This document shows, piece by piece, positions 9,073-20,642 of a DNA stretch of 64,000 nucleotides. The DNA lies in NCBI GenBank assembly GCA_938034555.1, contig CALHLT010000025.1, positions 27,469 through 91,468 on the forward strand. Direction: 5' to 3'. Position 1 is the first letter of the stretch. Each line of letters opens with the position of its first letter. Origin of the DNA: an uncultured Bacillota bacterium. Its GTDB lineage: Bacteria > Bacillota > Clostridia > Christensenellales > UBA1242. The notes below the pieces were generated by a model. The model searched no databases and was not told where the DNA came from. It worked only from the letters and a program-made list of their open reading frames with translations. The translations under genes were made by a program, and so were the position numbers.

Positions 9073-9936
9073 TTATGAGTCGATTATTGGATTTAAATAG
9101 TCGGGTTTTTCTTCAAAAGGAGTTGGCGTAAGGTCAATTATTCCAGATGAATTTGGGGCAAATCCATAAAGTCTGTTAGAGAAAGCATGATTTTTGTGCG
9201 CCCGCGCTTCAATAATTTGATCCATAAGTCCAGCGTTCTTAAAACTGAAAACCTGCTTTGGCCCGATTATTAAATGATCGGCAACTCTAACCCCATAAAC
9301 TGAAATTGCTTCAACAATTGCAAGTGTTGCGTCAATATCTTCGCCAGATGGTTGAAGTTCGCCGTTTGGGTGGTTATGAGCAATAACAATTATGCTTGCA
9401 TTATGCTGAAGAACGGTTTGAACGAAACTTGGAACATCAATTCCAACCGAATTAACATTTCCAGTTGTTATTCTTTCAACGCCAATAAGTTCGCTTTTCG
9501 CGGTTAAAAGAAGAACATAAAATTCTTCGCATGTTTTGCCAAGAAAGTAGTTTCTTAAAACTTCGGAAAATTGATTTATTGTTTGAAGAACGGTTTTCTT
9601 CTTTGGCATTGCGCCTGTTTCAAAAACGAAATGCAAAATTCTTCCATAACTTAGAAGAAACGAAGCAATTTTCGGACCAACGCCTTTAATTGCCAAAAGT
9701 TGAGTGTAGTTTGAATTAATAACATTTGAAATGTTGCCAAATTTATTAAGAAGTTCGTGTGCAAGCGGATTAGTGTCGCCTCGCGCAGTTGCAAGAGTTA
9801 ATAAATATTCCAAAATTTTAACTTCGCCAAGAGAATATGGGTCGGATTGATAAATTTCTTTTCTTAGTCTTTGCCTGTGAAATTTATGAAGATCTTTTTC
9901 TTCTTTCGTAAGTTTCTTTGGCTTTGTGTCTTCCAC
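9073..9936 (-). CDS. radC: RadC-family JAB/MPN domain protein
   Basis: GTG start after GAAGGGG. HhH-like segment LLAIKGVGPKIA and JAMM motif IAHNHPNGELQPSGEDI. Confidence 0.85.
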   Translation of the reverse strand: MEDTKPKKLTKEEKDLHKFHRQRLRKEIYQSDPYSLGEVKILEYLLTLATARGDTNPLAHELLNKFGNISNVINSNYTQLLAIKGVGPKIASFLLSYGRILHFVFETGAMPKKKTVLQTINQFSEVLRNYFLGKTCEEFYVLLLTAKSELIGVERITTGNVNSVGIDVPSFVQTVLQHNASIIVIAHNHPNGELQPSGEDIDATLAIVEAISVYGVRVADHLIIGPKQVFSFKNAGLMDQIIEARAHKNHAFSNRLYGFAPNSSGIIDLTPTPFEEKPDYLNPIIDS

Positions 9937-10216
9937 GAGTTTTCCCCTTCTTTTTTGTTAAATTATAAAGTCAATCTTGAAAATTCCCAAATGTTTAATT
10001 GAACATATGTGCATATTATCAAAATTTTGTTTAGGTGTTTGCTCACAAGCAAATTGATGTTAATCAAATTTGTGGGGCTGTTAGCTTTAACAATGGGTTG
10101 TTAAACATCTTGGACTATGCAAGATAACAAGCCAACATCACATAGTATATATTTTAAGAAATCAATCTGTAAAAGTCAAACCCTGCAAACAATTTTAAAA
10201 AATTTTTTAAGATTGT

Positions 10217-10245
10217 TTGACTTGAAGTTTTTTTAAAAATATAAT
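10217..10245 (+). promoter_or_regulatory. ruvC promoter (TTGACT-17-TATAAT) ending 6 nt before the ATG
   Basis: TTGACT at 10217-10222 and TATAAT at 10240-10245. The ATG is at 10252 with no Shine-Dalgarno sequence. Confidence 0.5.
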
Positions 10246-10251
10246 GAGAAC

Positions 10252-10734
10252 ATGAGAATTCTTGGAATCGACCCCGGCTATGGGATTGTTGGATTTGGCG
10301 TTTTAGATTATGAAAACAGCGAATATAAAGTTGTTGACTATGGCGTTATTGAAACACCAAAGGAGGAATCAATTCCTGTTCGTCTCGCAATGATTTACGA
10401 CGCAATTAAAGAGCTTACGGAAACTTATAAGCCAGACGAAATGGCTGTTGAGGAACTTTTCTATTTCAAGAACCAAACAACAGTTATTCCCGTTGCCGAA
10501 GCAAGAGGAATTATATTGCTTGCGGGAATCCATAGTTGCGGAGAGATTTTTGAATATACTCCTCTTCAAATCAAGCAAGCGCTAACTGGAAATGGAAGAG
10601 CGGAAAAGGCGCAGGTTCAATATATGGTTAAAGCAATTTTAGGGCTTGAAAAAATTCCAAAGCCAGATGACGCAGCCGATGCGCTTGCCGTTGCAATAAC
10701 ACATGCAAATTTTAACCAACAAATTATTCGATAA
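10252..10734 (+). CDS. ruvC: Crossover junction endodeoxyribonuclease RuvC
   Basis: MRILGIDPGYGIVGFGV...; PDDAADALAVAITH C-terminal catalytic block. Confidence 0.9.
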   Translation: MRILGIDPGYGIVGFGVLDYENSEYKVVDYGVIETPKEESIPVRLAMIYDAIKELTETYKPDEMAVEELFYFKNQTTVIPVAEARGIILLAGIHSCGEIFEYTPLQIKQALTGNGRAEKAQVQYMVKAILGLEKIPKPDDAADALAVAITHANFNQQIIR

Positions 10735-10757
10735 CAGCAAAAAACTTTGCTGTTTTT
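10735..10757 (+). terminator. Hairpin terminator after ruvC
   Basis: cagcaaa/tttgctg stem followed by TTTTT. Confidence 0.55.
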
Positions 10758-10782
10758 ATTTTTTATATGTTATAATGCAAAT

Positions 10783-11370
10783 ATGATTAACTATTTAATT
10801 GGCGAAATAATTGTTAAAAATGATTCAAGCGTTGTTCTTGAAAACAATGGAGTTGGCTATGAAATTTTTGCTTCGGCAACAACAATTTCAACTCTTCCTG
10901 TTCAAGGAGCAACCGCAAGAGTTTACACTTATCTTCACGTTCGCGAAGATGAGTTAAGCCTTTATGGCTTTTCAACACTTGAAGAAAAGGAAATGTTCCT
11001 TAAACTTATTGATGTTTCGGGAATTGGCCCAAAAGTTGCGCTTGGAATTCTTTCGGGAATTCGTCTTTCAGATTTAGCCGTTGCAATTAAAACTGGCGAC
11101 ACGAAACTTCTTTCAACTGTTAAAGGGCTTGGAAAGAAAACAGCCGAACGAATTGTTTTGGAACTTAAGGACAAAATTTCTGTTGTTGGATTTGAAAGTC
11201 ATGAGGATGCAGTTCTTGCGCTTGACGAAAACATGATTGACGAAGCAACCGAAGCACTTATTGCTCTTGGAATTAACAAAAACGATGCCTATCGCCTTGC
11301 TCGTGAAAATTCGGCTGGAAGCGAAACAACAGAAGATATAATTCGAAAAGTTTTTCAAAATATGAATTAG
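10783..11370 (+). CDS. ruvA: Holliday junction branch migration complex subunit RuvA
   Basis: MINYLIGEI... start. HhH motifs [16 protein letters not shown] and [17 protein letters not shown]. Confidence 0.9.
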   Translation: MINYLIGEIIVKNDSSVVLENNGVGYEIFASATTISTLPVQGATARVYTYLHVREDELSLYGFSTLEEKEMFLKLIDVSGIGPKVALGILSGIRLSDLAVAIKTGDTKLLSTVKGLGKKTAERIVLELKDKISVVGFESHEDAVLALDENMIDEATEALIALGINKNDAYRLARENSAGSETTEDIIRKVFQNMN

Positions 11371-11380
11371 AGGGAAAAAA

Positions 11381-12385
11381 GTGGAAGATAAGGGAAGATT
11401 TATCACATCAACAAAAAACATAACCGATGCGGACATTGAAAACAAATTGCGCCCAACAACCATGGCGGAATATGTTGGACAAGAAAAAGTTAAGGCGAAT
11501 TTGGAAATTTATATTAAAGCGGCAAAGGAAAGAAAGGAAGCGCTCGATCACGTTTTGCTTTATGGCCCTCCTGGGCTTGGGAAAACAACAATTTCCCATA
11601 TTATTGCAAGCGAAATGGGAAGCCAAATTAAAGTTACATCTGGCCCAGCAATTGAACATGCTGCCGACCTTGCTGCGATTTTAACAAACCTTAACACAAA
11701 CGATGTTTTGTTTATTGACGAAATTCACAGACTTAACAAAAGCGTTGAAGAAATTTTATATCCAGCAATGGAAGACTTTGCTTTGGACTTTATCGTTGGA
11801 AAAGGTCCTTCGGCAAGAAACATGCGTCTTAAAATTAAACCTTTCACGCTTATTGGCGCAACAACCCGCGCAGGAATGATTGCGGGGCCTCTTCGCGATA
11901 GATTTGGTGTTATTGCGCGCCTTGAATTATACACCGATAAGGAACTTGCAATAATCATTGGGCGCTCGGCAAAAATCCTTGGAATTGACATCGACGAAGA
12001 TGCAAAAATTGAAATTGCAAAAAGAAGCCGTGGAACACCAAGAATTGCAAACAGACTTTTAAAACGGGTTCGAGATTTTGCGCAAGTTATTGGCGAAGGT
12101 AAAATAACCTTTGCGCTTGCCGATAAAGCGCTTGGACTTATGGAAGTTGATAAACTTGGGCTTGACGGCGTTGACAGACGAATTTTGGAAACTATGATAG
12201 ATAAATTTGGCGGCGGCCCTGTTGGGCTTGAAACGCTTGCGGCAGCAACGGGCGAGGAAGCAACAACAATTGAAGATGTTTACGAGCCATATTTAATTCA
12301 ACTTGGCTATATTTCAAGAACTCCGCGCGGAAGAATTGTTCTTGCGCCTGCATATGAGCATCTTGGAAAAGTTATGCCAGAATAA
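11381..12385 (+). CDS. ruvB: Holliday junction ATP-dependent DNA helicase RuvB
   Basis: GTG start after [36 protein letters not shown] and RTPRG blocks. Confidence 0.95.
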   Translation: MEDKGRFITSTKNITDADIENKLRPTTMAEYVGQEKVKANLEIYIKAAKERKEALDHVLLYGPPGLGKTTISHIIASEMGSQIKVTSGPAIEHAADLAAILTNLNTNDVLFIDEIHRLNKSVEEILYPAMEDFALDFIVGKGPSARNMRLKIKPFTLIGATTRAGMIAGPLRDRFGVIARLELYTDKELAIIIGRSAKILGIDIDEDAKIEIAKRSRGTPRIANRLLKRVRDFAQVIGEGKITFALADKALGLMEVDKLGLDGVDRRILETMIDKFGGGPVGLETLAAATGEEATTIEDVYEPYLIQLGYISRTPRGRIVLAPAYEHLGKVMPE

Positions 12386-12445
12386 CAACTTAATTTTTAA
12401 TTGAATTTAAAAGGGGGCGGTCGCGTGGCTTTGCGACATTGCTTT

Positions 12446-13561
12446 ATGAGAGATTACACTTTAACTTCAACCTATGACTATTTTCTTCCAGAAAACCTTA
12501 TTGCTCAAACACCAGCCGAGCCAAGGGATTCTTCAAGAATGCTTGTTTTCGACGGGAAAAGAACAACAAGCGAAGGCGAATTTAATAAAGAGGATTGTGA
12601 CAAGCATATCCATCATAAACATTTTTACGATATAGTTGATTTTTTGAAAGAGGGCGATGTTCTTGTTATAAACAACACCCGTGTTCTTCCTGCACGAATT
12701 TTTGGAATTAAAGAGGAAACCGGCGCAAAAATTGAAGTCCTTTTGCAAAAGAGAATTGACCTTACTAAATGGGAAATTATAGCGCGCCCAACAAAAAGAC
12801 TTAAAAGCGGAACAATTGTTAAGTTTAACGACGAACTTAGCGGGCGAATTTTGGAAGTTCGAGGCGAAGGTGAATGCTTAATTGAATTCCTTTTTGAAAA
12901 AGAAAAAGACGGAAAAGTTGTTTCTTTTGAAGAAATTTTGGAAAGAATTGGGAATATGCCTCTTCCTCCATACATTCATGAAAAATTAACCGATAAGGAA
13001 AGATATCAAACAGTCTATTCAAAAATTCCGGGCTCATCCGCTGCGCCAACTGCGGGGCTTCATTTCACGCCAGAAATTTTGGAAAAACTTAAGCAAAAAG
13101 GCGTTATAATTGCAGAAGTTTTGTTGCAAGTTGGTCTTGGAACATTTCGTCCTGTTAAAGAAGAAAGTATTTTGAAACACAAGATGCACAGCGAATATAT
13201 TTCAGTTTCAAAAGAAACAGCCGAAATTGTTTCACAAGCAAAAAGAGAGGGAAGGCGGGTTATTGCCGTTGGAACAACTTCAATGAGAACCCTTGAAAGC
13301 ATGGCGGAAAAAGAAGTTCAAAATGGAAAGGAAACTTATGTTTTAAAGCCAGGCGAAAAAGACACGGACATTTTTATTTTTCCACCATACAAATTTAAAA
13401 TTGTTGATTGTCTTTTAACGAATTTCCATCTTCCTCAAAGCACGCTTCTTATGCTAATTTCTGCGTTCATTGGGCTTGATAATGTTATGGAAATATATCA
13501 AACTGCAATTAAAGAAAACTATCGTTTTTTCAGCTTTGGCGATTGCTGCTTGTTCTTATAA
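12446..13561 (+). CDS. queA: tRNA preQ1(34) S-adenosylmethionine ribosyltransferase-isomerase QueA
   Basis: YDYFLPENLIAQTPAEPRDSSRMLV, LPPYI and SAAPTAGLHFT blocks. The start was chosen at the ATG that best fits the family N-terminus, so it is uncertain. Confidence 0.88.
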   Translation: MRDYTLTSTYDYFLPENLIAQTPAEPRDSSRMLVFDGKRTTSEGEFNKEDCDKHIHHKHFYDIVDFLKEGDVLVINNTRVLPARIFGIKEETGAKIEVLLQKRIDLTKWEIIARPTKRLKSGTIVKFNDELSGRILEVRGEGECLIEFLFEKEKDGKVVSFEEILERIGNMPLPPYIHEKLTDKERYQTVYSKIPGSSAAPTAGLHFTPEILEKLKQKGVIIAEVLLQVGLGTFRPVKEESILKHKMHSEYISVSKETAEIVSQAKREGRRVIAVGTTSMRTLESMAEKEVQNGKETYVLKPGEKDTDIFIFPPYKFKIVDCLLTNFHLPQSTLLMLISAFIGLDNVMEIYQTAIKENYRFFSFGDCCLFL

Positions 13562-13568
13562 TTTTTAA

Positions 13569-14699
<1,131 letters not shown>

Positions 14700-14805
14700 G
14701 GTGTCGAAAAACAAAGAAAAGGCTTAAAACATAAGAAAAAAGTTAAAAATTGTTTTGTTTAAACAAAAAAATTTGTTATAACAAAAATATACTTAAGGAG
14801 AAAAT

Positions 14806-14907
14806 ATGATAACAGCAGCACTTTTAGCTTTAACCGCAACACAAATTGTTGTTCCAATTCTTGTTGTGCTTCTTGTTGTTCTCGTTATTTTCGCATTTTC
14901 AATCTAG
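14806..14907 (+). CDS. Candidate 33-aa hydrophobic micro-protein (below the ORF-track cutoff)
   Basis: AAGGAG 7 nt before the ATG. Product MITAALLALTATQIVVPILVVLLVVLVIFAFSI. The stop overlaps the AGGAG RBS of yajC. Confidence 0.4.
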   Translation: MITAALLALTATQIVVPILVVLLVVLVIFAFSI

Positions 14908-14916
14908 GAGATTAAT

Positions 14917-15531
14917 ATGAATTTTTTAGCAGCAGAAGCAGCAGCAAATAGCAATGCAACACAGTGGATTTTGCCAGCAGTTTTGTTGGTTTTAGTTATT
15001 GGAATTTTCCTTCTTAACTATTTCAGAAGCAAGAAAAACCAAGAATCAATGAAAAACATGGTTGACGGCCTTAAAGTTGGCGATAATGTTAAAACATACA
15101 GCGGAATTTACGGCAAAATTATTGAAATTGTTGAAACAACCGACGGGAAAGTTGCTGTTTTGGAAACTGGAAGCGAAAAGAATAAAGGAATTTTCAGCAT
15201 AGACATTAACGCAATCTATGGAATTGACGAAAAGAAACCTGTTGTTTACGACGCAAACGGAAATGTTGTTTCCGACGAAGAACCAAAAGCGGAAGAAAAG
15301 GTTGAAGAAAACAAGGAAGATTTAAGCGACCAAACGGAAACCGAAAAACCTAAAAAACGCGGAAAGAAAGCAAAGAAAGAAGAACCAGTTGTTGTTGAAA
15401 CTCAAACTGAACCTTTGAAAGAAGAAACTGCCGCTATTGAACAAGAACAAATTGTTGAAGAAATTTCAAAAGAGCCAGCGGCGGAAGAAGTTAAAGAAGA
15501 AAAACCAAAAAGAAAATCTAAAAAACAATAA
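14917..15531 (+). CDS. yajC: Preprotein translocase subunit YajC with long acidic/lysine-rich C-terminal extension
   Basis: One N-terminal TM helix followed by KKNQESMKNMVDGLKVGDNVKTYSGIYGKIIEI, a YajC core. About 100 extra E/K-rich residues. Confidence 0.8.
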   Translation: MNFLAAEAAANSNATQWILPAVLLVLVIGIFLLNYFRSKKNQESMKNMVDGLKVGDNVKTYSGIYGKIIEIVETTDGKVAVLETGSEKNKGIFSIDINAIYGIDEKKPVVYDANGNVVSDEEPKAEEKVEENKEDLSDQTETEKPKKRGKKAKKEEPVVVETQTEPLKEETAAIEQEQIVEEISKEPAAEEVKEEKPKRKSKKQ

Positions 15532-15536
15532 TTTTT

Positions 15537-15565
15537 AAAACCTCGAAAGAGGTTTTTATTTTTGC
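15537..15565 (+). terminator. Terminator after yajC
   Basis: aaacctc/gaggttt stem followed by a T-rich run. Confidence 0.6.
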
Positions 15566-15650
15566 AATTTTTTGTTTTTGCAATGTTTTAACATTGTTTT
15601 TTTCTTTTTTATATAATGAATATTGAAATAAAGTTTCAAGGAGGAAAAAT

Positions 15651-16499
15651 ATGGCAAGAAAAAACAGTTGTAATTTTGGCTGCCTTCAACCAAGAAAATC
15701 GTGCCAAGAAAGGAAACTTATTGCTGTTGTTAAAGGGGCGGTTGGCCCAACGGGTCCAACTGGTCCAATTGGAAGAACGGGCGTGACTGGTCCAACTGGC
15801 CCAACAGGCCCAACGGGTCCAACAGGCGGCGAAGTTGTTGCAAGAACAACATCAACCATTGGAGAAGGCGAAGATGCAAGAGTTGTTTCATCTTTCGAAC
15901 GCGGAGTTAATTATCTTGATTTCTACATTCCAAAGGGAAGCAAGGGCGATCCAGGAGTTAAGGGGGATAAGGGCGAAAAAGGCGAAAGCGGATTTACGGA
16001 TATTCTTGGCGCAATGATTGTTTCCTATAACGATAACCCTCAAACTTTTTCTGCGGAAGGGCTTGAAATTCAATCGAACGGACGCTTTCCTTTAATGCAT
16101 TTGCAACTTGACGTTGGGGGAATTATTAATTTGGACATTGTTGAAAACACAATTAAATTTACAAACACAGGAATTTATAAAGTTGAATTTATAACAAATG
16201 CATATATAAAACGCTCTGGTCAAGTTTTTGATTCATCGGAGGATTTCGTTTCGGTTGCTTTCCGTCAAGTTGGCTCCGACACAATTGTTGCCGCAGCAAC
16301 AACATGGACCCCAAGCGAATGTGCGACAAATGTTGTTGGGCAAGGAATTTTCATGGTTAACGACGATTCAATATCATATGAACTTGTTAACACAAGACCA
16401 AGAAGCATATATCTTAACGGGTGCAGTGTTGGACGAACTGTTTCGCAATCTCTTCTCTCTGTCCCAATGGTTTCAGTTGTTATAACAAAAATGTTATAA
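15651..16499 (+). CDS. Collagen-like triple-helix repeat protein (BclA/exosporium-like architecture)
   Basis: GXY run [32 protein letters not shown] (nt about 15735-15830) and a second run [20 protein letters not shown], then a beta-rich C-terminal domain of about 170 aa. Confidence 0.8.
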   Translation: MARKNSCNFGCLQPRKSCQERKLIAVVKGAVGPTGPTGPIGRTGVTGPTGPTGPTGPTGGEVVARTTSTIGEGEDARVVSSFERGVNYLDFYIPKGSKGDPGVKGDKGEKGESGFTDILGAMIVSYNDNPQTFSAEGLEIQSNGRFPLMHLQLDVGGIINLDIVENTIKFTNTGIYKVEFITNAYIKRSGQVFDSSEDFVSVAFRQVGSDTIVAAATTWTPSECATNVVGQGIFMVNDDSISYELVNTRPRSIYLNGCSVGRTVSQSLLSVPMVSVVITKML

Positions 16500-16603
16500 A
16501 AAAATTAAAATAAATTAAGCCAAAGAATTTTCTTGGCTTTTTTTAATTAATTATTTTTTTATTTTGAATTGACGAATTGATTAATTTTTGTTAATATATT
16601 TAT

Positions 16604-17734
16604 ATGAATAATAAAGATTTTTGGGATAATTATCTTGAAAATATTAAAAAAAGAATTTTCAAATTAATTGAAAGCAAAAAACAAAATAATGAAAATTTTT
16701 TGCTTTGCGATTTACATATTCATTCAAATCATTCTTCCGACGGAACTCAAAGTTTAGAGGAAATTATTTGCGAAGCTCAAAAACTTGGCTTTGAAATTAT
16801 TGCGCTAACCGACCACGACAGCGTTTCAATTTTCAACGATTTATATAACTTAATTAAGCAAAACAAACTCCCAGAGTTTCCAATAATAATTACTGGAATT
16901 GAGCACACGGTTAGTTTTAAAGAATATCAAACTATGTGTCACATTTTAAAATATTTTATTAATCCAAAAAGCACGGAAATTTTAAACGACATTGATAAAC
17001 TTAATAAATCATATTTCACACGCGCGCAAATTCAGTTTGAAAGAATTAATGAAAGCCCCGTTTTAAATGAAATTTTTAACGAATATAACATTTCGGTTTC
17101 ATATGACGAATTTGCTAACTGGCTTAACGAAAACAGCCTTTTGCCAGATTATGCGCCGTTAGTTGAGTTTCTTGCGCAAAAATTTGAACAAAAAAATGTT
17201 CCAACTTTCAAAATTTATGAACTTGTTAAAAAATATAACAACATTGACGAATGCGAAGAAAGAAAACATCTTAGAGATTTACGATTCGAATATCTCGATA
17301 AAAAATATGAAGGAGTTGACGTCCAAAATAATCGTCGCTTTCTTCTTTCAATTTTGGGGGTTAGGGGAGTTGATGATGCGCAATTTAAAGAATATAAATC
17401 AAGCGGCTCTCTTTCGGTTGATGAATATGGACAGGTTTCCATTTACGATTTAAATAAAGAAGGCTTAACGGTTTTTGCCCATCCCGACCATTTAAAATTA
17501 AATTTAATTCCGAAAATTAAAAATTGCGCAGGCGGGTTTGTTGCCTTGGAATTAAACTTTAAATCCCAGCAAGAATTTTTTAACGAAATTCGCGAGGCGG
17601 CAAAAAAAGAAAACCTTGCTTTAACTGTTGGTTCGGATAAACACAAACAAGGCGAAACAGTTTATGAAAATTTGGAATTTTATAAAATTCCAATAAATAA
17701 TTTCGAAAAATTCATTAAAAAATTGAAAAAATAA
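16604..17734 (+). CDS. PHP-domain metal-dependent phosphoesterase
   Basis: CDLHIHSNHSSDG...IIALTDHDSV N-terminal PHP motifs. HPDH and GSDKH further downstream. Confidence 0.75.
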   Translation: MNNKDFWDNYLENIKKRIFKLIESKKQNNENFLLCDLHIHSNHSSDGTQSLEEIICEAQKLGFEIIALTDHDSVSIFNDLYNLIKQNKLPEFPIIITGIEHTVSFKEYQTMCHILKYFINPKSTEILNDIDKLNKSYFTRAQIQFERINESPVLNEIFNEYNISVSYDEFANWLNENSLLPDYAPLVEFLAQKFEQKNVPTFKIYELVKKYNNIDECEERKHLRDLRFEYLDKKYEGVDVQNNRRFLLSILGVRGVDDAQFKEYKSSGSLSVDEYGQVSIYDLNKEGLTVFAHPDHLKLNLIPKIKNCAGGFVALELNFKSQQEFFNEIREAAKKENLALTVGSDKHKQGETVYENLEFYKIPINNFEKFIKKLKK

Positions 17735-17784
17735 TGATTTTTAATTGATTTTTGTTAAATTTTTTTAAAAATGAGGAGAAAAAT

Positions 17785-18318
17785 ATGATTGGGTTAGACA
17801 AAAATTCTGTTAAAGTTGTTCCATATGATGCAACTTGGAAAGATGAATTTGAAAAAGAAAAAGTAATTTTAAAAAGCCTTTTAAAAGATTTTGATGTTCG
17901 AATTGAGCATGTTGGAAGCACGTCAATCCCAGGGCTTAGCGCAAAGCCTATAATCGACATTGCGCTTGGAGTAAAAGAAGAAAAAACTCTTTTTGAAGTT
18001 GCAAAGGTTTTGGAAAATGCAGGTTATGACATTCTTGATTCCTACAACACCAAAGGTGAAATTTTGGCAAGAAAGGGCAGCCCAGAAAACAGAACGCATT
18101 ATATTCACATTGAAATTGTTGGAAGTGAATATTGGAACGAATTTATGTATTTCAAAAAGTATATGCTAGACAATCCAGATGAAGTAAAAAAATATCAAGC
18201 GCTTAAAGAGCAGCTTAGCAAAGAATTTGCAGATGAAAGAAAAATGTATACTGCTTCAAAAAACGAGTTTATAACGAATGTTCTTGAGAAAGCATATAAA
18301 ACCTATAATTTGAATTAG
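17785..18318 (+). CDS. GrpB family protein
   Basis: ATG after GAGGAG. IEHVGSTSIPGLSAKPIIDI block typical of GrpB/UPF0157. Confidence 0.8.
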   Translation: MIGLDKNSVKVVPYDATWKDEFEKEKVILKSLLKDFDVRIEHVGSTSIPGLSAKPIIDIALGVKEEKTLFEVAKVLENAGYDILDSYNTKGEILARKGSPENRTHYIHIEIVGSEYWNEFMYFKKYMLDNPDEVKKYQALKEQLSKEFADERKMYTASKNEFITNVLEKAYKTYNLN

Positions 18319-18387
18319 AATAAGTATGCAAATATATTTTGTTAATGCATTAAAAAATGATAATATAAACATATATAGGGAGGGAAA

Positions 18388-19902
18388 ATGAAAAAGAAAA
18401 TTGTTTTATGTTTGCTTCTATTTGTTTTGGCAATTCCTTGCTTAATTTTAGTTGGATGCGGGCAAGAAAAGGAATTTAAATATGATTTTACCGATGCAGA
18501 TGGGGTGCATTTTGTTCTTCCGGGTTCATATAATGCTGCTGCAGGCGGATTTGAAAGTGGGAACGGATATGTTAAAAAGGGGGAAAGCGTTAAGTATGAC
18601 CTTATTCTTTCAAATGTATATGACGCTTCAACTCTTAAAATTTATAACAATGGAGAAGAAGTTTCTTGGACGAAATATAGTTCATACAATTCAAATTTCG
18701 AAGTTGATGAATACACACACCAACTTGTTGGATATGTTGAAGTTGAAAATGTTTCGCAAGATGTTAACTTTACGGCATCTGCCGACTATCGAACAATAAA
18801 TTTCACATTCAAAATTAAAGAAGACCATTCGCTTTCAGAAGAAGATAAGACAAAGTTGAAAGATTGGAAATTTGATTCCTCTTCAACTCTTTACGACGCA
18901 ATCTCAAAAGAAAATTTTGTCGTTTCAATGTCTTATGGAGAATATAAAGAAAAAGGAATAAACCTTAAAACAAATAAAAAATTCGGTTACTATTTTGTTA
19001 GCAATGGCGATGATTGCTTTATTGAAAACGGATATTTTGATAATAATTGGACAAGCGAGAAAAACAGCTATAAACTTACACTAAACTCAGTTTTAGGCGT
19101 AAACAACACACTTTCAATTATCCCAGAAAAGTTGCTTGTTAACAAATTTATAATTGAAAATCAAGCAGGAAATATAATTTCAATTTCTTCAACAGAGATT
19201 AAAGACATAGATCTTGCTTTGAGCGAAGGTTTTGGCGCAAATGACACTGGAACCGTTAGAGTAACTCTTAAAGAAATTGCTGGTGTTGACTTCTCAAATG
19301 TTAAACTTGTAATTAACGAAACAAATTTGGGAAGCCCAAGCATCAACGCGGCAACAAGCGAAAAATATTGGGAATTTTCAACTCTAAATTGTCCAATTGT
19401 TTATGCGAACTTTAAAGAAGGGGAAAGTTATTTCGACAAGAGCATATATGAATTAAAATATATTCTATCCGTAACAGGTCTTAGTTTTTCGCAAGATTCC
19501 AATGTTGGAAAATTTATTATAACAACAGAATCAAAAGATCCTTTGAGCAGCCCAGGAATTGCATATTTCGATGACTTTTCTGTTTACTATTATGACGGGG
19601 TTAACACGGTTTATGTTCCAACCGAGCAGCCAACCTTCCGAACGGAATTGTTTATGTATGATAACAATAAACCCGACTGTATAACAATTGTTAAAAATGG
19701 CGATCAAGAAAACAAAATTGTGATTTCAATTGCCGACCATTTACAAGAGTTAATTGAGAAAAGGAATTTCACGGTTGGAGAAATTAACATTTCCGTGTCG
19801 GCGGCTGATGGCTTTTCATCGATTAGCGAAATAGATTCCTATTCATTAACTATTTCAAACGAAAAAGCGACTTTTGAAATCAATTATGGGTTTTCAAATT
19901 AA
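18388..19902 (+). CDS. Lipoprotein, function unknown
   Basis: Signal peptide with lipobox LILVGC at the N-terminus, RBS GGGAGGG, 504 aa. Confidence 0.7.
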   Translation: MKKKIVLCLLLFVLAIPCLILVGCGQEKEFKYDFTDADGVHFVLPGSYNAAAGGFESGNGYVKKGESVKYDLILSNVYDASTLKIYNNGEEVSWTKYSSYNSNFEVDEYTHQLVGYVEVENVSQDVNFTASADYRTINFTFKIKEDHSLSEEDKTKLKDWKFDSSSTLYDAISKENFVVSMSYGEYKEKGINLKTNKKFGYYFVSNGDDCFIENGYFDNNWTSEKNSYKLTLNSVLGVNNTLSIIPEKLLVNKFIIENQAGNIISISSTEIKDIDLALSEGFGANDTGTVRVTLKEIAGVDFSNVKLVINETNLGSPSINAATSEKYWEFSTLNCPIVYANFKEGESYFDKSIYELKYILSVTGLSFSQDSNVGKFIITTESKDPLSSPGIAYFDDFSVYYYDGVNTVYVPTEQPTFRTELFMYDNNKPDCITIVKNGDQENKIVISIADHLQELIEKRNFTVGEINISVSAADGFSSISEIDSYSLTISNEKATFEINYGFSN

Positions 19903-20064
19903 AAACGTAAAAGATTTAGTTTAACGACGAAATGCGCGAAAGATGTAAATTTATAGGGGAGTTACACCTCTCGACATTAAAGATTGGAATTTCCTGTCTT
20001 AAGATGTTGCAAATTATAAAAATCAAAATTCTTTTATGCCAATTTTATATGATATAATGAAAAT

Positions 20065-20622
20065 ATGAAAAATAAATCTTTTCTTGCTGGGTTAATAATT
20101 ACAATAATTCTAAACTTGTTTTTCTTGACAGGCATAATTCTTTGCTGCATTTTTGATTTCACGATGCCATATTCAACAATCTTAATAACCGCGTTTATGT
20201 TTGCCTATCATTGCGACATTCGAATTTTAATTGCAAAAATTTTCACCGTTTTTTGCAAAAAAAGAGTAAATATTTTCAAAAAAACATATAAAATAAGCGA
20301 AAAAGAGTTTAATTTTTTAAATAAACTTGGCGTTAAAAAATGGAAAGATGGTTTTGTTGCGTGGGATAAAAAGCAATTTGTAATTAAAGATCTGCGCAAC
20401 CGTGAAAATTTGGAAATAGTTTTAAGAAACAATATCTCTGCCGAAATTATCCACTGGATTTGCTTTATTGCAAGTTTCTTTTCAATTCTTTTTGGTTGCT
20501 TGATGTCGCTTAGCGAATGGTGGATATATCTAATAACAGCAATTATTGTCCCTCTTTTAATCGACTTGCCTCCAATTTTGATTCAGCGCTTTAATCGCTT
20601 CCGCTTGCAAAAATTTCTCTAA
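20065..20622 (+). CDS. Multi-pass membrane protein, function unknown
   Basis: Four hydrophobic helices. The last core gene before the island. Confidence 0.6.
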   Translation: MKNKSFLAGLIITIILNLFFLTGIILCCIFDFTMPYSTILITAFMFAYHCDIRILIAKIFTVFCKKRVNIFKKTYKISEKEFNFLNKLGVKKWKDGFVAWDKKQFVIKDLRNRENLEIVLRNNISAEIIHWICFIASFFSILFGCLMSLSEWWIYLITAIIVPLLIDLPPILIQRFNRFRLQKFL

Positions 20623-20642
20623 TCCGAGCGTGTAAAACAAAA

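Noticed and set aside
9937-10216. The 315-bp radC-ruvC intergenic region, which has several small hairpins and an imperfect palindrome (agtcaaac...caaacaat / attgtttgact around 10172-10222). Considered a riboswitch or sRNA.
   Set aside because: I could not match it to any RNA family consensus by eye, for example preQ1, and the queA-tgt genes are not directly downstream. Part of the palindrome is simply the ruvC -35 region. It would need an Rfam/Infernal scan.
15735-15830. 9-nt periodic DNA repeat (ggcccaac[a/g/t]-type).
   Set aside because: Fully explained by the GPT collagen-like coding repeat, so it is not an independent DNA element.
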